Source: Loktanella sp. (GTDB lineage Bacteria; Pseudomonadota; Alphaproteobacteria; Rhodobacterales; Rhodobacteraceae). From it: 64,000 bases of DNA. Position numbers and translations under genes: made by a program. The DNA lies in assembly GCA_024635625.1 (NCBI GenBank), contig JAGXIQ010000112.1, forward strand, positions 74,121 to 138,120, in the 5' to 3' direction. The notes under the pieces are model-generated. The model was not told the DNA's origin. It saw nothing but the letters and a program-made list of their open reading frames with translations, and did not search any database. This document shows positions 1-9,705 of the stretch, piece after piece. Within the stretch, counting starts at the first letter, position 1, and every line of letters starts with the position of its first letter.

Positions 1-7
1 GACCTTT

Positions 8-820
8 ATGCAGAACCTGACTGATCGCACTGCCCTGACCCGCAATCGTGCCCGTGCGCGCGAAACCTTTTTGCGCGACCGGGTGGCCGACGATGTTCAT
101 GAAAGACTGCAAGAGGTTAACAGATCATTTACTCTGCCACTGATCGTGACGCCGACACCGGAAGTTTGGCAAAATATCCTACCGGCAGCGCCTTCAACCC
201 CGGACACAGACACGCTGGCGGTTGCTGAGGCGGCGCATGACCTGCTGATCTACGATCTATCCCTACACTGGGCCAACGACCTAGTCGGCCAACTTGTACA
301 ATCGCGGCGCGCCTTGGCGCCCGACGGCCTTTTCATTGGCACGCTTTTCGGCGGCCAGACCTTGCATGAACTCCGCACTTGTTTGGCAGAGGCAGAGTCG
401 CGCTTGATGGGCGGTCTGTCCCCCCGGATCGCGCCAATGGGGGAAATTCGAGATCTTGGTGGGCTTTTACAGCGCGCAGGATTCGCCTTGCCCGTGGCCG
501 ACAGCGATACGATCAGCGTCAAATATGCCGACGCTTTCGCCCTGATGCGTGACCTGCGGGCGATGGGCGAAACCAACGCCCTGCACGCACGATTACGCCA
601 CCCCACGCGGTCCGCCGTCCTGCAAGAGGCTGCGCGCGTCTACTCCCAGCATTTTTCTGACGCAGATGGCCGCATCACCGCCACGTTCGAGGTTGTCACC
701 CTGACGGGTTGGGCACCAGCCGCCAGCCAACCGCAACCATTGCGACCAGGGTCCGCGAAGGCGCGACTGGCTGACGCATTGGGTACCGACGAAACTCTGC
801 TTAAACCGCATGGCGATTGA
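8..820 (+). CDS. SAM-dependent methyltransferase (BioC/NDUFAF5-like)
   Basis: LHWAND and GTLFGGQTLHELR..LAEAE...GG.SPRIAPM motifs plus GFALPVAD, typical of the alphaproteobacterial NDUFAF5-like family; directly upstream of hemH. Confidence 0.85.
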   Translation: MQNLTDRTALTRNRARARETFLRDRVADDVHERLQEVNRSFTLPLIVTPTPEVWQNILPAAPSTPDTDTLAVAEAAHDLLIYDLSLHWANDLVGQLVQSRRALAPDGLFIGTLFGGQTLHELRTCLAEAESRLMGGLSPRIAPMGEIRDLGGLLQRAGFALPVADSDTISVKYADAFALMRDLRAMGETNALHARLRHPTRSAVLQEAARVYSQHFSDADGRITATFEVVTLTGWAPAASQPQPLRPGSAKARLADALGTDETLLKPHGD

Positions 821-873
821 CCTGACGCTATTACCCGTTATTTCAGCCCTTTGATCACGGGACAGGAAAGAAG

Positions 874-1956
874 ATGGACATGTTCGACCAGACACAGCCC
901 GAGCGCCCAGCAAAGTGCCCCATACATGCGGCACCAGACCATCCCACGATCAAACCGGCGCGCGTCGGCATCCTCGTGGCCAACCTTGGCACGCCCGACG
1001 GCTACGACTACTGGTCGATGCGACGCTATCTTTCGGAGTTCCTATCAGACAAGCGCGTTGTGGATTACTCTGCTTGGGTCTGGCAGCCACTGCTGCAACT
1101 TGTGATTCTGACGAAGCGGCCATTCACGTCTGGCGCAAACTACAAGTCCATCTGGAACGAAGAGGAAAACGAATCACCGCTTCTGACCATCACGAAAAAA
1201 CAGACCGCCGCCATCAAGGCGCAGATGATGGCCCGATACGGCGACAACGTCCGCGTCGATTTCTGTATGCGTTACGGAAACCCGTCGACGAAATCCAAGG
1301 TCCGCGAAATGGTCGAGGACGGCTGCACGAAAATCCTCTTTTTTCCACTGTATCCGCACTACGCAGGCGCAACATCTGCCACGGCGAACGACAAGTTCTT
1401 TCAGGCGCTCATGCAGGAAAAGTGGCAACCGACTGCGCGGATCGTTGACCCATATTTCGAAGACCCAACATACATCGACGCCCTCGCGCAATCCATCGAA
1501 CGCGCCTATGCGGCGGCTGATGAAAAGCCAGAGGTCCTGATCTGCTCCTACCATGGCGTTCCGGAACGCTACTTGCGCGAAGGCGATCCGTACCACTGCC
1601 AATGCCAAAAAACGACGCGTTTGCTACGCGAACGTCTTGGCTGGGACAAAACCGAGATCCGCACTACTTTTCAATCCCGTTTCGGACCGGAAGAATGGCT
1701 AAAGCCCTACACAGTCAAAGAAGTCGCCCGACTAGCGCAAGAAGAAGGCATCAAGCGTATCGCCGTCTGCGCACCCGCTTTCAGCGCCGATTGCATCGAA
1801 ACACTGGAAGAGATCAACGAAGAGATTAAGGAATCCTTCGAACATGCTGGTGGCGAACACTTTACATATATCCCCTGCCTGAATGACGACCCCGCACATA
1901 TAGACGCGCTTTGCGGTATCATCGATCAGAACCTGCAAGGCTGGCTAAAGGGCTGA
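874..1956 (+). CDS. hemH: Ferrochelatase
   Basis: GILVANLGTP, MRYGNPS, PLYPHYA, SYHGVP, FQSRFGPEEWLKPYT, AFSADCIETLEEI, YIPCLND motifs. Confidence 0.98.
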   Translation: MDMFDQTQPERPAKCPIHAAPDHPTIKPARVGILVANLGTPDGYDYWSMRRYLSEFLSDKRVVDYSAWVWQPLLQLVILTKRPFTSGANYKSIWNEEENESPLLTITKKQTAAIKAQMMARYGDNVRVDFCMRYGNPSTKSKVREMVEDGCTKILFFPLYPHYAGATSATANDKFFQALMQEKWQPTARIVDPYFEDPTYIDALAQSIERAYAAADEKPEVLICSYHGVPERYLREGDPYHCQCQKTTRLLRERLGWDKTEIRTTFQSRFGPEEWLKPYTVKEVARLAQEEGIKRIAVCAPAFSADCIETLEEINEEIKESFEHAGGEHFTYIPCLNDDPAHIDALCGIIDQNLQGWLKG

Positions 1957-2008
1957 CAGTCGCGCAACCCAATCCTCGCTTTTTTGCAAATACCCTCTCG
2001 TTAGGCGC

Positions 2009-2030
2009 TCCGACCGCATCGGCGGTCGGA
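2009..2030. terminator. Perfect 9-bp hairpin between hemH and the MFS gene; possible terminator or RNA-stability element
   Basis: TCCGACCGC-ATCG-GCGGTCGGA; no U-tract follows. Confidence 0.4.
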
Positions 2031-2093
2031 CACCCATTGGCCAAGATCAGAGACCGTGATTAGGTGCGCGCGACCTATTTCGGAAGCCGCCTC

Positions 2094-3254
2094 ATGCCAC
2101 TGTCCGCTCGCCTGAAACCGCACCAGCGCGTCTTTGCATCCTTCGCGATCTATGCCTTTGCGCTGGGAAACCTGTTCCCACGCCTTCCAGACATCAAGCG
2201 CGCTATGGGAATAGAGGAAGGTGCACTTGGCCTCGCCTTGATCGGGACTTCGACCGGTACATTGATATCACTGACCCTAGCGGCACCGATTATCGCCAAG
2301 CTTGGCCATCGCAATGCGCTTTTCACACTGCTGCCGCTTATGGCGCTGTTCTTTGCTATTGCCGTTCATGCGTCCGGCCCCCTCTCACTTTACTTTCTTT
2401 TGATCCCAGCCGGTTTAACCATGGGCGCAACAGAGGTCATCGTTAATGTCGAAGCCGACCGGACCGAAGCGGCCATGGGGCGCCGCATTATGAACCGCGC
2501 CCACGCTTTTTGGAGCTTTGGCTTCTTTGGCGCAGGATTGTTCGGCGCGGTTATGGCGCAACTTGGCATCTCTCCTGGATTGCATCTAGCGGTGGTCTTG
2601 CCGTTAATTTTAGGCGCCGTATGGCTGTTATTGGGGGATTTCCAGCCCGCGCCAAAACGCGGCACGGAATCCGTCGATACAGGTCCCGCCATCGCCAAGC
2701 CGACCATGGGGATCATGGTTTTGGTCGGCGTGTCGCTGTCTGCCATGCTGCTAGAGGGTGCCAGCATCGACTGGTCGGCGATCTACATGCGGTCGGTCTT
2801 TGACGCGTTGCCGTTCTTGGGTGGCCTTGCTGTTGCCACCACAGCCCTAAGCCAAGCGATTACGCGCTATTATGCCGACCGAATTGTGGACCGCCATGCA
2901 CCTGATCATGTGGCGCGTCTGATGCAAGCGACCATGGCACTTGGCGTATTGATCATTTTCTTCGCCCCTGCGCCAGGCGTCGCGTTGCTAGGGTTCGCCC
3001 TGATCGGCGCGGGCACTTCCGCAATCTTTCCGCTGGCGATGTCCGCTGCAGCTCAGCGAAGCGATAGACCTGCCGCAATCAATGTGGCCGCATTGGCGCA
3101 ATTTTCCTTTGTCATCTTTCTATTAGGGCCACCGCTGTTGGGCTTCGTGGCAGAACATGCAGGATTGCGCTGGACGTTCGGCCTTGGCCTTCCCTTAGTC
3201 GCCGTTAGCTTTGCCTTATCAGGCGCGTTACGGTCGAAGCCTGCTACCATTTGA
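2094..3254 (+). CDS. MFS transporter
   Basis: About 12 hydrophobic segments with MFS-like motifs (IIAKLGHR, WSFGFFGAG, PPLLGFVAE). The ORF track opens at GTG 2064; ATG 2094 is the likelier start. Confidence 0.85.
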   Translation: MPLSARLKPHQRVFASFAIYAFALGNLFPRLPDIKRAMGIEEGALGLALIGTSTGTLISLTLAAPIIAKLGHRNALFTLLPLMALFFAIAVHASGPLSLYFLLIPAGLTMGATEVIVNVEADRTEAAMGRRIMNRAHAFWSFGFFGAGLFGAVMAQLGISPGLHLAVVLPLILGAVWLLLGDFQPAPKRGTESVDTGPAIAKPTMGIMVLVGVSLSAMLLEGASIDWSAIYMRSVFDALPFLGGLAVATTALSQAITRYYADRIVDRHAPDHVARLMQATMALGVLIIFFAPAPGVALLGFALIGAGTSAIFPLAMSAAAQRSDRPAAINVAALAQFSFVIFLLGPPLLGFVAEHAGLRWTFGLGLPLVAVSFALSGALRSKPATI

Positions 3255-3260
3255 AACGCG

Positions 3261-3287
3261 AACGGGGGCGCCTTTGGCACCCCCGTT
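3261..3287 (+). terminator. GC-rich hairpin after the MFS gene
   Basis: AACGGGGGCGC-CTTTG-GCACCCCCGTT, one mismatch, immediately after the TGA at 3254. Confidence 0.6.
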
Positions 3288-3578
3288 CCTGATGATCGTC
3301 CACGATCCTCAGATCAACAGAACCCAAGCCAACTAACGTTGTGCCCAAAAGCTCTGCGATGTGTTGATTATATAGGCCAAGACCACGACACGACGAATGC
3401 CTGTCGATCAGACAGCCATCTTGTCCGCAAAAGATGCGATAATATTGCCACGACCAGGTATCCTCTAAGATGTGTAGATCACGCCTGCGGCACATCAGCG
3501 CTGTCCCAACGACGTCGTGTTTGAACTGTGCATCCGTTCCCGCTAAGAGGGCACGATCGCCAGAGAGGGTGCTTAGAA

Positions 3579-4157
3579 ATGCAAAGACGTGATGTTTTCA
3601 TCGGGTTCGCCGCCCTTGGATTGTTGGCTGCCTGCGGCGGCGCGCCAAAGGGACGAATCGGGCCAGATGGCCTGCCCTTGCCGCAGGTCTACCGGATTTC
3701 CGAAGGTGATACGGATGCCATCCAGTTTAGGATGCTTGATAGCGTCAACACGTTGCGCGCCGCCGCTGGCGTGCCTTCTGTGGCTCTTGATCCGCAATTG
3801 AATGCCGCAGACGCGACGCACGCCCGCGATATGTCCGTCCAGAATCGGCCTTGGCTGTTCGGCTCCGATGGTTCCTCCCCACTGGAACGCGCACGCCGTG
3901 TCGGTTTTCAGGGACGGATTTTGGGTGAAAACATCTCTGAGTCATACGAAACAGAGCTTGAAACCTTGGCCGCGTGGATGAAGCAACAGGACACCCGCCG
4001 CGTCGTGCTTGACCCTGCGGCCCGCCGGATGGGTCTGGCTTGGTTTCAAGAACCGGCTGGTAAGCTGTGGTGGGTGATGACCATGGGCAGTGATCCGGTC
4101 ATGCAAGCCCCCGTTGCCATGACGCAACCCTTCACGACGGCGGCAGTGACCGAGTAA
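3579..4157 (+). CDS. CAP (SCP/PR-1) domain lipoprotein with a Tat-like signal
   Basis: MQRRDVF...LLAAC lipobox; VNTLRAAAG, HARDM, LGENI, W..Q..TR..V CAP motifs; ATG 3579 follows GAGAGGG. Confidence 0.88.
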   Translation: MQRRDVFIGFAALGLLAACGGAPKGRIGPDGLPLPQVYRISEGDTDAIQFRMLDSVNTLRAAAGVPSVALDPQLNAADATHARDMSVQNRPWLFGSDGSSPLERARRVGFQGRILGENISESYETELETLAAWMKQQDTRRVVLDPAARRMGLAWFQEPAGKLWWVMTMGSDPVMQAPVAMTQPFTTAAVTE

Positions 4158-4180
4158 GGTCAAGCCGCCGCCCGGCGGAC

Positions 4181-4687
4181 TTATCGGTAAATAAAGATGG
4201 GTGTTCCGTCTTTGACCATGGCGTACATTTCTTCAATCTCTTCGTTAGTCACCGCGATGCAGCCCCACGTCCAATCCCTTTGGCCGACATATCTGTGCGG
4301 CGTTCCGTGGATGAAGATGTCGCCGCCAGGACGCTTTCCCATTGCCTCGGCGCGCGCAATATCATCGCTGTTTGGATAGGAAATACCTAGCGAAAGATGG
4401 TAGCGGCTTTTAGCATTGCGCCGATCGATGCGATAGGCGCCCTCTGGCGTGCGTCCGTCCTGTTCCACCTGCTTGTGGCCCGTAGGAGCAAATCCCATTT
4501 CCATTCGATACTGCTTCAACAGGTTGTTACCCGACAACAGCTGTACGACCCGCTGTTTTTTGAAAACTTGAACCCGTGTCACCTGCGGGCCATCGTAGCG
4601 CCGAAATTTGCTGGGCACGGCCTTGCCGCAGGCCATCAAAAGCGCGCCAGAGGCCGCCATCATCATATTACGTCTGCTCAAAAACAT
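4181..4687 (-). CDS. L,D-transpeptidase (YkuD family) lipoprotein
   Basis: SRRN...LLMAC signal; GDGRTPEG-like QDGRTPEG, LSLGISYPN, IFIHG...TWGCIAV catalytic His/Cys. Confidence 0.92.
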   Translation of the reverse strand: MFLSRRNMMMAASGALLMACGKAVPSKFRRYDGPQVTRVQVFKKQRVVQLLSGNNLLKQYRMEMGFAPTGHKQVEQDGRTPEGAYRIDRRNAKSRYHLSLGISYPNSDDIARAEAMGKRPGGDIFIHGTPHRYVGQRDWTWGCIAVTNEEIEEMYAMVKDGTPIFIYR

Positions 4688-4790
4688 GGCTGCCCCAACA
4701 GTTCTTCATCGTGTCGGTCTGACGCCGACCTCATGATTTTTCGATACACCAGCATGCGCAAAGGTCAAAGCGCTGCATGCCGCCTTGGAA

Positions 4791-5993
4791 TCACGCCCGC
4801 GTGAGCGAAGCGACCATTTCGACATGGGGCGACCAACGAAACTGATCCACGACTTGAACCCAGTCAACAGCAAAGCCCGCCTCGACCAACGTGGCCACAT
4901 CCCGACCAAATGTCACCGGGTTGCACGACACCATCGCGATCCGATTAACAGTCGAAGCCGCAAGTGTAGCCACCTGAGACGCAGCACCTGCCCGAGGCGG
5001 GTCCAACACGGCGACGTCAAAACCCTTTAGCTCGTCAGGTTCAAGCGGACGGCGGAACAAATCGCGGGTTTCCCCGGTCACGCGCTTGACGCCCTTGGCC
5101 ACGCGCCACGCCTTGTCCAGTGCCGCGATCATCGCCGCGTCGCCTTCAACTGCCAATACTTCTGCGGTCTTAGCCAACGGTAGGCTGAAGGTGCCGCAGC
5201 CCGCAAACAGGTCAACGACCTTAGCCGCATTGCCGACGATTTCCGTAACCGCAGCCAAAAGCGCCGCTTCACCGTCTGCTGTCGCTTGCAGAAATGCCCC
5301 CGGCGGTGGCGTCACAGTTGCGGAACCAAGGACTTGGACGGGCGGGCGCAGCGTTACCACGGTTTCATCCACCCACGTGAGCCGCGCCAATTGGTGTTGC
5401 TGTGCAAAGACGGCCAGATCGATGCGTAACTGGTCGGTCAGCTTTTGGTCTGTCTGCACCAGCACATCCAGCCCAGCAGCCGAATCTGTCACAGTCAACG
5501 CAACCTCGCCGCGGCGAGAGGCCGCGATGACCGTCAATGCCTCTAGCATCGGTACGCCAGCAAGCATGCCGGGTGTTACCAATTGGCAATCGGGCACTGC
5601 GACCAACACGTCAGACGCGCGTGCATGGAAACCAACCATCGCGCCCGACTTCGTCCGACGGCCCGAAAATTTCGCCCTTCTCCGTGAATGTGACGGAGAG
5701 GTGTGCATCACGCGGAATTTCGGCTCTAATCCATGTGCATGCAGGGCGCGTTCCACGACCTGCTGTTTCCATCCAGCGACAAAATCGTCGGCAGCATGCT
5801 GCAGCGCACACCCACCACAGGTTTTGAAGTGCCGGCAAGGTGGCGACACGCGCTGGATAGATGGCGTCAGGATTTGCGCCGTTCCGTCAGCGCGCAGGGC
5901 GATCTCTTCCCCCGGCAAAGTGCGCGGCACTAGCGTACCGTCGCTGGCACGCCCAGCGCCCAGATGGGTCAGGCTCTCGATAATCAGGCTCAC
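4791..5993 (-). CDS. rlmD: RNA (uracil-5)-methyltransferase, RlmD/TrmA family
   Basis: CRHFKTCGGC Fe-S motif, FLQAT, DLFAGCGTF, LDPPRAG, VSCNPVTF, DQFRWSPHVE. Confidence 0.85.
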   Translation of the reverse strand: MSLIIESLTHLGAGRASDGTLVPRTLPGEEIALRADGTAQILTPSIQRVSPPCRHFKTCGGCALQHAADDFVAGWKQQVVERALHAHGLEPKFRVMHTSPSHSRRRAKFSGRRTKSGAMVGFHARASDVLVAVPDCQLVTPGMLAGVPMLEALTVIAASRRGEVALTVTDSAAGLDVLVQTDQKLTDQLRIDLAVFAQQHQLARLTWVDETVVTLRPPVQVLGSATVTPPPGAFLQATADGEAALLAAVTEIVGNAAKVVDLFAGCGTFSLPLAKTAEVLAVEGDAAMIAALDKAWRVAKGVKRVTGETRDLFRRPLEPDELKGFDVAVLDPPRAGAASQVATLAASTVNRIAMVSCNPVTFGRDVATLVEAGFAVDWVQVVDQFRWSPHVEMVASLTRA

Positions 5994-7819
5994 GCGGCGT
6001 CCTCTACGCTGATGAAGCCCCCCGATTGCCTGTTCCAGTAGCGCGCGTAAAGCCCTTCCTGCGCCAATAGGTCGTCGTGAGTGCCCTGTTCAACGATCCG
6101 ACCGCGATCTAGTACGATGATCCGGTCCATTTGGCGCAACGTCGACAGGCGGTGTGCGATGGCAATAACCGTCTTGCCCTCCATCACCGCATCCAATGCG
6201 TCTTGGATGTTCGCTTCAACCTCGGAGTCTAATGCGCTCGTGGCCTCGTCCAAAACGAGGATCGGCGCGTTCTTCAAAATCGCCCGAGCTATCGCGATAC
6301 GCTGTCGCTGACCACCGGACAGTTTCACGCCACGCTCGCCTAGATGCGCATCGTAGCCCTTGCGCCCTGCATGATCGCGAATATTCGCGATGAACTCTTG
6401 CGCCTCGGCGCGTGCGGCCGCCTCGTGAATTTGAGCCTCTGTCGCGTCGGGTGCACCATAGCGAATATTGTCCCGCGCAGAGCGGTTGAACATGGCGGTT
6501 TCCTGCGTAACCATACCTATTTTGCGCCGCAGGCTTTCCTGACAGACGTGCCGTAGATCCTGCCCGTCGATGGAAACAACACCTTTTTCTGGATCATAGA
6601 GCCGCAACAGCAAAGCCACGAGCGTTGATTTCCCCGCCCCGGACCCGCCAACGATCCCCAGCTTTTCGCCGCTGGCAATGTCCAAGGTCACATCACGCAA
6701 GCCACCCTCGCCGCCGCCATAAGTAAATGTCACTTGATCCAGCAAAATGCGTCCGGCGCTTAGGTCCAGATCGCCCGCATCGTCGGCATCGGGCAAGGCG
6801 TGCGGTTTGGATAGGGTGCGAATGGCATCCTCGACTTCGCCCACGTTGGAATACATCCCCATCAGCGTAAAGCTGACCCAGCCGGTCATCTGTGCCAGAC
6901 GCAGACCAATGGTGCCTGCAACGGCGATATCGCCAGCGGTTGCAGCACCCCGTTGCCACAGGAACAGTGTGATCCCAACCAGCAATACGGGCAGTACACC
7001 GGCCAGCGTCATCAACCAGAAACGGAAACCCGCCGACACCCAACCAAACCCCAGCGAGTCCAACCGAAACTTTTCCATGGCGTCGGTCGCTGCCCGGTCT
7101 TCGTGGTCGGCATGTGCAAAGAGCTTAACGGTCTTGATATTGGTGATCGTATCCACGACCTGCCCCGTCACCATTGCACGAGACCCTGCGCGCTGCTTCG
7201 ACGTTTCACGGATTCGCGGCATGAAGGCACGGATCAAACCGATGTACGCCAGCATCCAGAGCGCCAGCACGACTGCCGACCAGACATCTATATCTGTCAG
7301 AAGGACGATCGAACCGATCACCGAGGCCAGCGCATAGAACACTGTGTTGATCGTATCGACACCCAGATCCGTCGTCGCCCGCGCCGCCTGCATTTGTTTC
7401 TGGCTAATGCGACCGGCAAAATCGTTATCAAAGAACGTAACCGCCTGCCCAAGCGTATGGCGATGCAGCCGCGACAGCACGAGGTTGTAAACCGCCGGTG
7501 CCACAACGACCGATTGCATCATCCCAGACAAGCCCAGCACCAAGGGTCGGAAAATGACAAAGAATAACGCTACGCTTATTAACAACCATGCGTTTTCACC
7601 GAAATAGGCACTGGGTTGACTGGCTAGGGCTGAATCGATGACTCGCCCTAGGATCAACGCTGCCAGCACCTCTAACACGCCTGCGACGGTGCTGATTAGC
7701 GCCCCCGCCCCCATCGCGCCAAAGCTGCCTCGCAACGCCCAGCGCAGGAATGCCATTAGCGTATCGGGTGGCGGCCCAGCGGCACGAGCGAAAGGGTTAA
7801 TCCAGTCTGCCGGTTTCAT
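5990..7819 (-). CDS. ABC transporter, fused permease/ATPase (type IV exporter)
   Basis: TMD plus GGSGAGKS, LSGGQRQR, LVLDEATSALD, IAHRLST. Confidence 0.95.
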   Translation of the reverse strand: MKPADWINPFARAAGPPPDTLMAFLRWALRGSFGAMGAGALISTVAGVLEVLAALILGRVIDSALASQPSAYFGENAWLLISVALFFVIFRPLVLGLSGMMQSVVVAPAVYNLVLSRLHRHTLGQAVTFFDNDFAGRISQKQMQAARATTDLGVDTINTVFYALASVIGSIVLLTDIDVWSAVVLALWMLAYIGLIRAFMPRIRETSKQRAGSRAMVTGQVVDTITNIKTVKLFAHADHEDRAATDAMEKFRLDSLGFGWVSAGFRFWLMTLAGVLPVLLVGITLFLWQRGAATAGDIAVAGTIGLRLAQMTGWVSFTLMGMYSNVGEVEDAIRTLSKPHALPDADDAGDLDLSAGRILLDQVTFTYGGGEGGLRDVTLDIASGEKLGIVGGSGAGKSTLVALLLRLYDPEKGVVSIDGQDLRHVCQESLRRKIGMVTQETAMFNRSARDNIRYGAPDATEAQIHEAAARAEAQEFIANIRDHAGRKGYDAHLGERGVKLSGGQRQRIAIARAILKNAPILVLDEATSALDSEVEANIQDALDAVMEGKTVIAIAHRLSTLRQMDRIIVLDRGRIVEQGTHDDLLAQEGLYARYWNRQSGGFISVEDAA

Positions 7820-9648
7820 GCGTCGTTCCCTATAAATCCGCCCGATTGCCGCGCCCAGAACCGCGCATAGCGGCCTTCTCGCGCTATAAGTTCTGCATGT
7901 GACCCATCCTCGACGATGCGTCCGTCCGCCATCACAATGATCCGGTCCATCCGTGCGATAGTCGACAACCGGTGTGCAATTGCGATCACAGTCTTGCCGT
8001 CCATCATCGTCTCAAGCGTATCTTGAATCGCTGCCTCAACCTCAGAGTCGAGCGCGGACGTCGCCTCGTCCAGTAGCAAAATAGGTGCGTCCTTCAGGAT
8101 CACGCGTGCCAATGCAATCCGTTGCCGTTGCCCACCCGACAGCTTCACCCCGCGCTCTCCGACCCGCGCATCGTATCCCTTATGGCCTTCCGTATCTTCA
8201 AGCGTCGTTATGAAATCATGCGCTTCGGCTTTTTCCGCCGCAGCAATCATCGCAGCCTCGGTCGCGTTAGGCGCACCATAAAGAATGTTTTCACGCACCG
8301 ATCGATGCAGCAACGCAGAGTCCTGCTGCACCATCCCGATAGCATGCCGCAGGCTATCCTGTGTTACCCCGGCGATATCCTGCCCGTCGATGCGAATGGC
8401 CCCGCCCTCTGCATCGTAAAACCGCAAGAGAAGCTTGATCAGTGTCGATTTCCCTGCGCCAGAGGCCCCAACCAGGCCCACTTTCTGCCCCGCAGGAACC
8501 GTTAGGTTGATCTGGTCCAGGCCGCCCTGCGCCTTGCCGTAATGATGAGACAGCATGTTGATCTCGATCCGGCCCGCTGTAACGGCCAGTGGCTTGGCCC
8601 CCCGATCGTCGGTCAGGGTGACGGGCTGGCCTATCGTCTCGAGCCCTTCGGCCACGACGCCAAGTTCCTGAAACAACTGACTGACGGCCCACATGATCCA
8701 ACCGCTCATACCATTCAATCGCAGCACCAGCGCAGCCGCCGCTGCAACGACACCCACGGACGCCAACCCGCCCAACCATAAGGACAGCGCCCAGCCAACG
8801 ACGCCGACAACTAACACTCCGTTCAGAAAAACCAGTGCCAGATCCATGATCGTATAAAGGCGCATTTCGCGCATCAGGGTCGTGCGGGACCCTTCGATAG
8901 CATCCTTCGCGTAGGTCAATTCGGCGTCATGGTGGGCGAACATCTTGACCGAGTGGATATTCGTATATCCATCGACGATCCGCCCAGTCACAACGCTTCG
9001 CGCATCAGAAGATGCCTGCGACGCGGGTTTGATCCGCCTTATGACCCAACGCAGCAAGAACAAGTATGGGATGAACCACGCCAACAGGGGCAACACCAAT
9101 CGCAGGTCAGCATCCGCCAGCAACAGGAATGCGCCGATCAGATAGGCAGCAGCGAACGCGACTGCCTCGAAAAACTGATTCATCACGCTGGCAACGGCGT
9201 TCGGCGTCTGCATGACGCGGTTGGCGATCCGTCCAGCAAAGTCATTTTCGAACCAACCGACGGACTGGCGCATGATCTGTCGGTGCGCCCGCCATCGGGC
9301 CAAGGCCGTCACATTGGGGTTGATCGTCTGGTTTAACAATGCCGTGTGCGCCGTTTGGATCATTGGCCGCAATGTCAGAAAGAACACAGCCATCGCAATC
9401 AACTCGCCCGCATGATCGGCCCAAAAGACGGCAGGGTCCTTGTCTAGCAAGTCGACCAAACGGCCAAGGTAGCCAATCAATCCCACCTCTATAAAGGCGA
9501 CGATTGTCGAAAGTGCCGCCGTAATCACAAAGACACTGTGGAACGGTCGAGTGTAGTCCCACAAAAACGGCCAAAGCCGCGTGGGCGGTGTGTCGGTCTC
9601 CTCATACGGCGTATAGGGATCGACAAGGCGCTCAAAAAAACCAAACAC
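7816..9648 (-). CDS. ABC transporter, fused permease/ATPase; paralog of the downstream gene
   Basis: GASGAGKS, LSGGQRQR, LLLDEATSALD; ATGA overlap with the next gene. Confidence 0.95.
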   Translation of the reverse strand: MFGFFERLVDPYTPYEETDTPPTRLWPFLWDYTRPFHSVFVITAALSTIVAFIEVGLIGYLGRLVDLLDKDPAVFWADHAGELIAMAVFFLTLRPMIQTAHTALLNQTINPNVTALARWRAHRQIMRQSVGWFENDFAGRIANRVMQTPNAVASVMNQFFEAVAFAAAYLIGAFLLLADADLRLVLPLLAWFIPYLFLLRWVIRRIKPASQASSDARSVVTGRIVDGYTNIHSVKMFAHHDAELTYAKDAIEGSRTTLMREMRLYTIMDLALVFLNGVLVVGVVGWALSLWLGGLASVGVVAAAAALVLRLNGMSGWIMWAVSQLFQELGVVAEGLETIGQPVTLTDDRGAKPLAVTAGRIEINMLSHHYGKAQGGLDQINLTVPAGQKVGLVGASGAGKSTLIKLLLRFYDAEGGAIRIDGQDIAGVTQDSLRHAIGMVQQDSALLHRSVRENILYGAPNATEAAMIAAAEKAEAHDFITTLEDTEGHKGYDARVGERGVKLSGGQRQRIALARVILKDAPILLLDEATSALDSEVEAAIQDTLETMMDGKTVIAIAHRLSTIARMDRIIVMADGRIVEDGSHAELIAREGRYARFWARQSGGFIGNDA

Positions 9649-9705
9649 GTCAGTGCCTCTGTCTGAATAATTCAGATGTAGGCCTCTGGTTGAAGAAGGG
9701 AAACC

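Noticed and set aside
3288-3578. 290-bp spacer with 61-aa and 83-aa ORFs upstream of the CAP gene
   Set aside because: No recognisable protein or RNA structure; likely promoter region or remnant
5086-6012. 308-aa plus-strand ORF and many similar long antisense ORFs (e.g. 6747..7337, 25141..25821, 34798..35445, 44516..45112, 61934..62605)
   Set aside because: Antisense shadows of well-supported genes, rich in Ser/Ala/Arg/Thr, with no motifs; expected in GC-rich DNA
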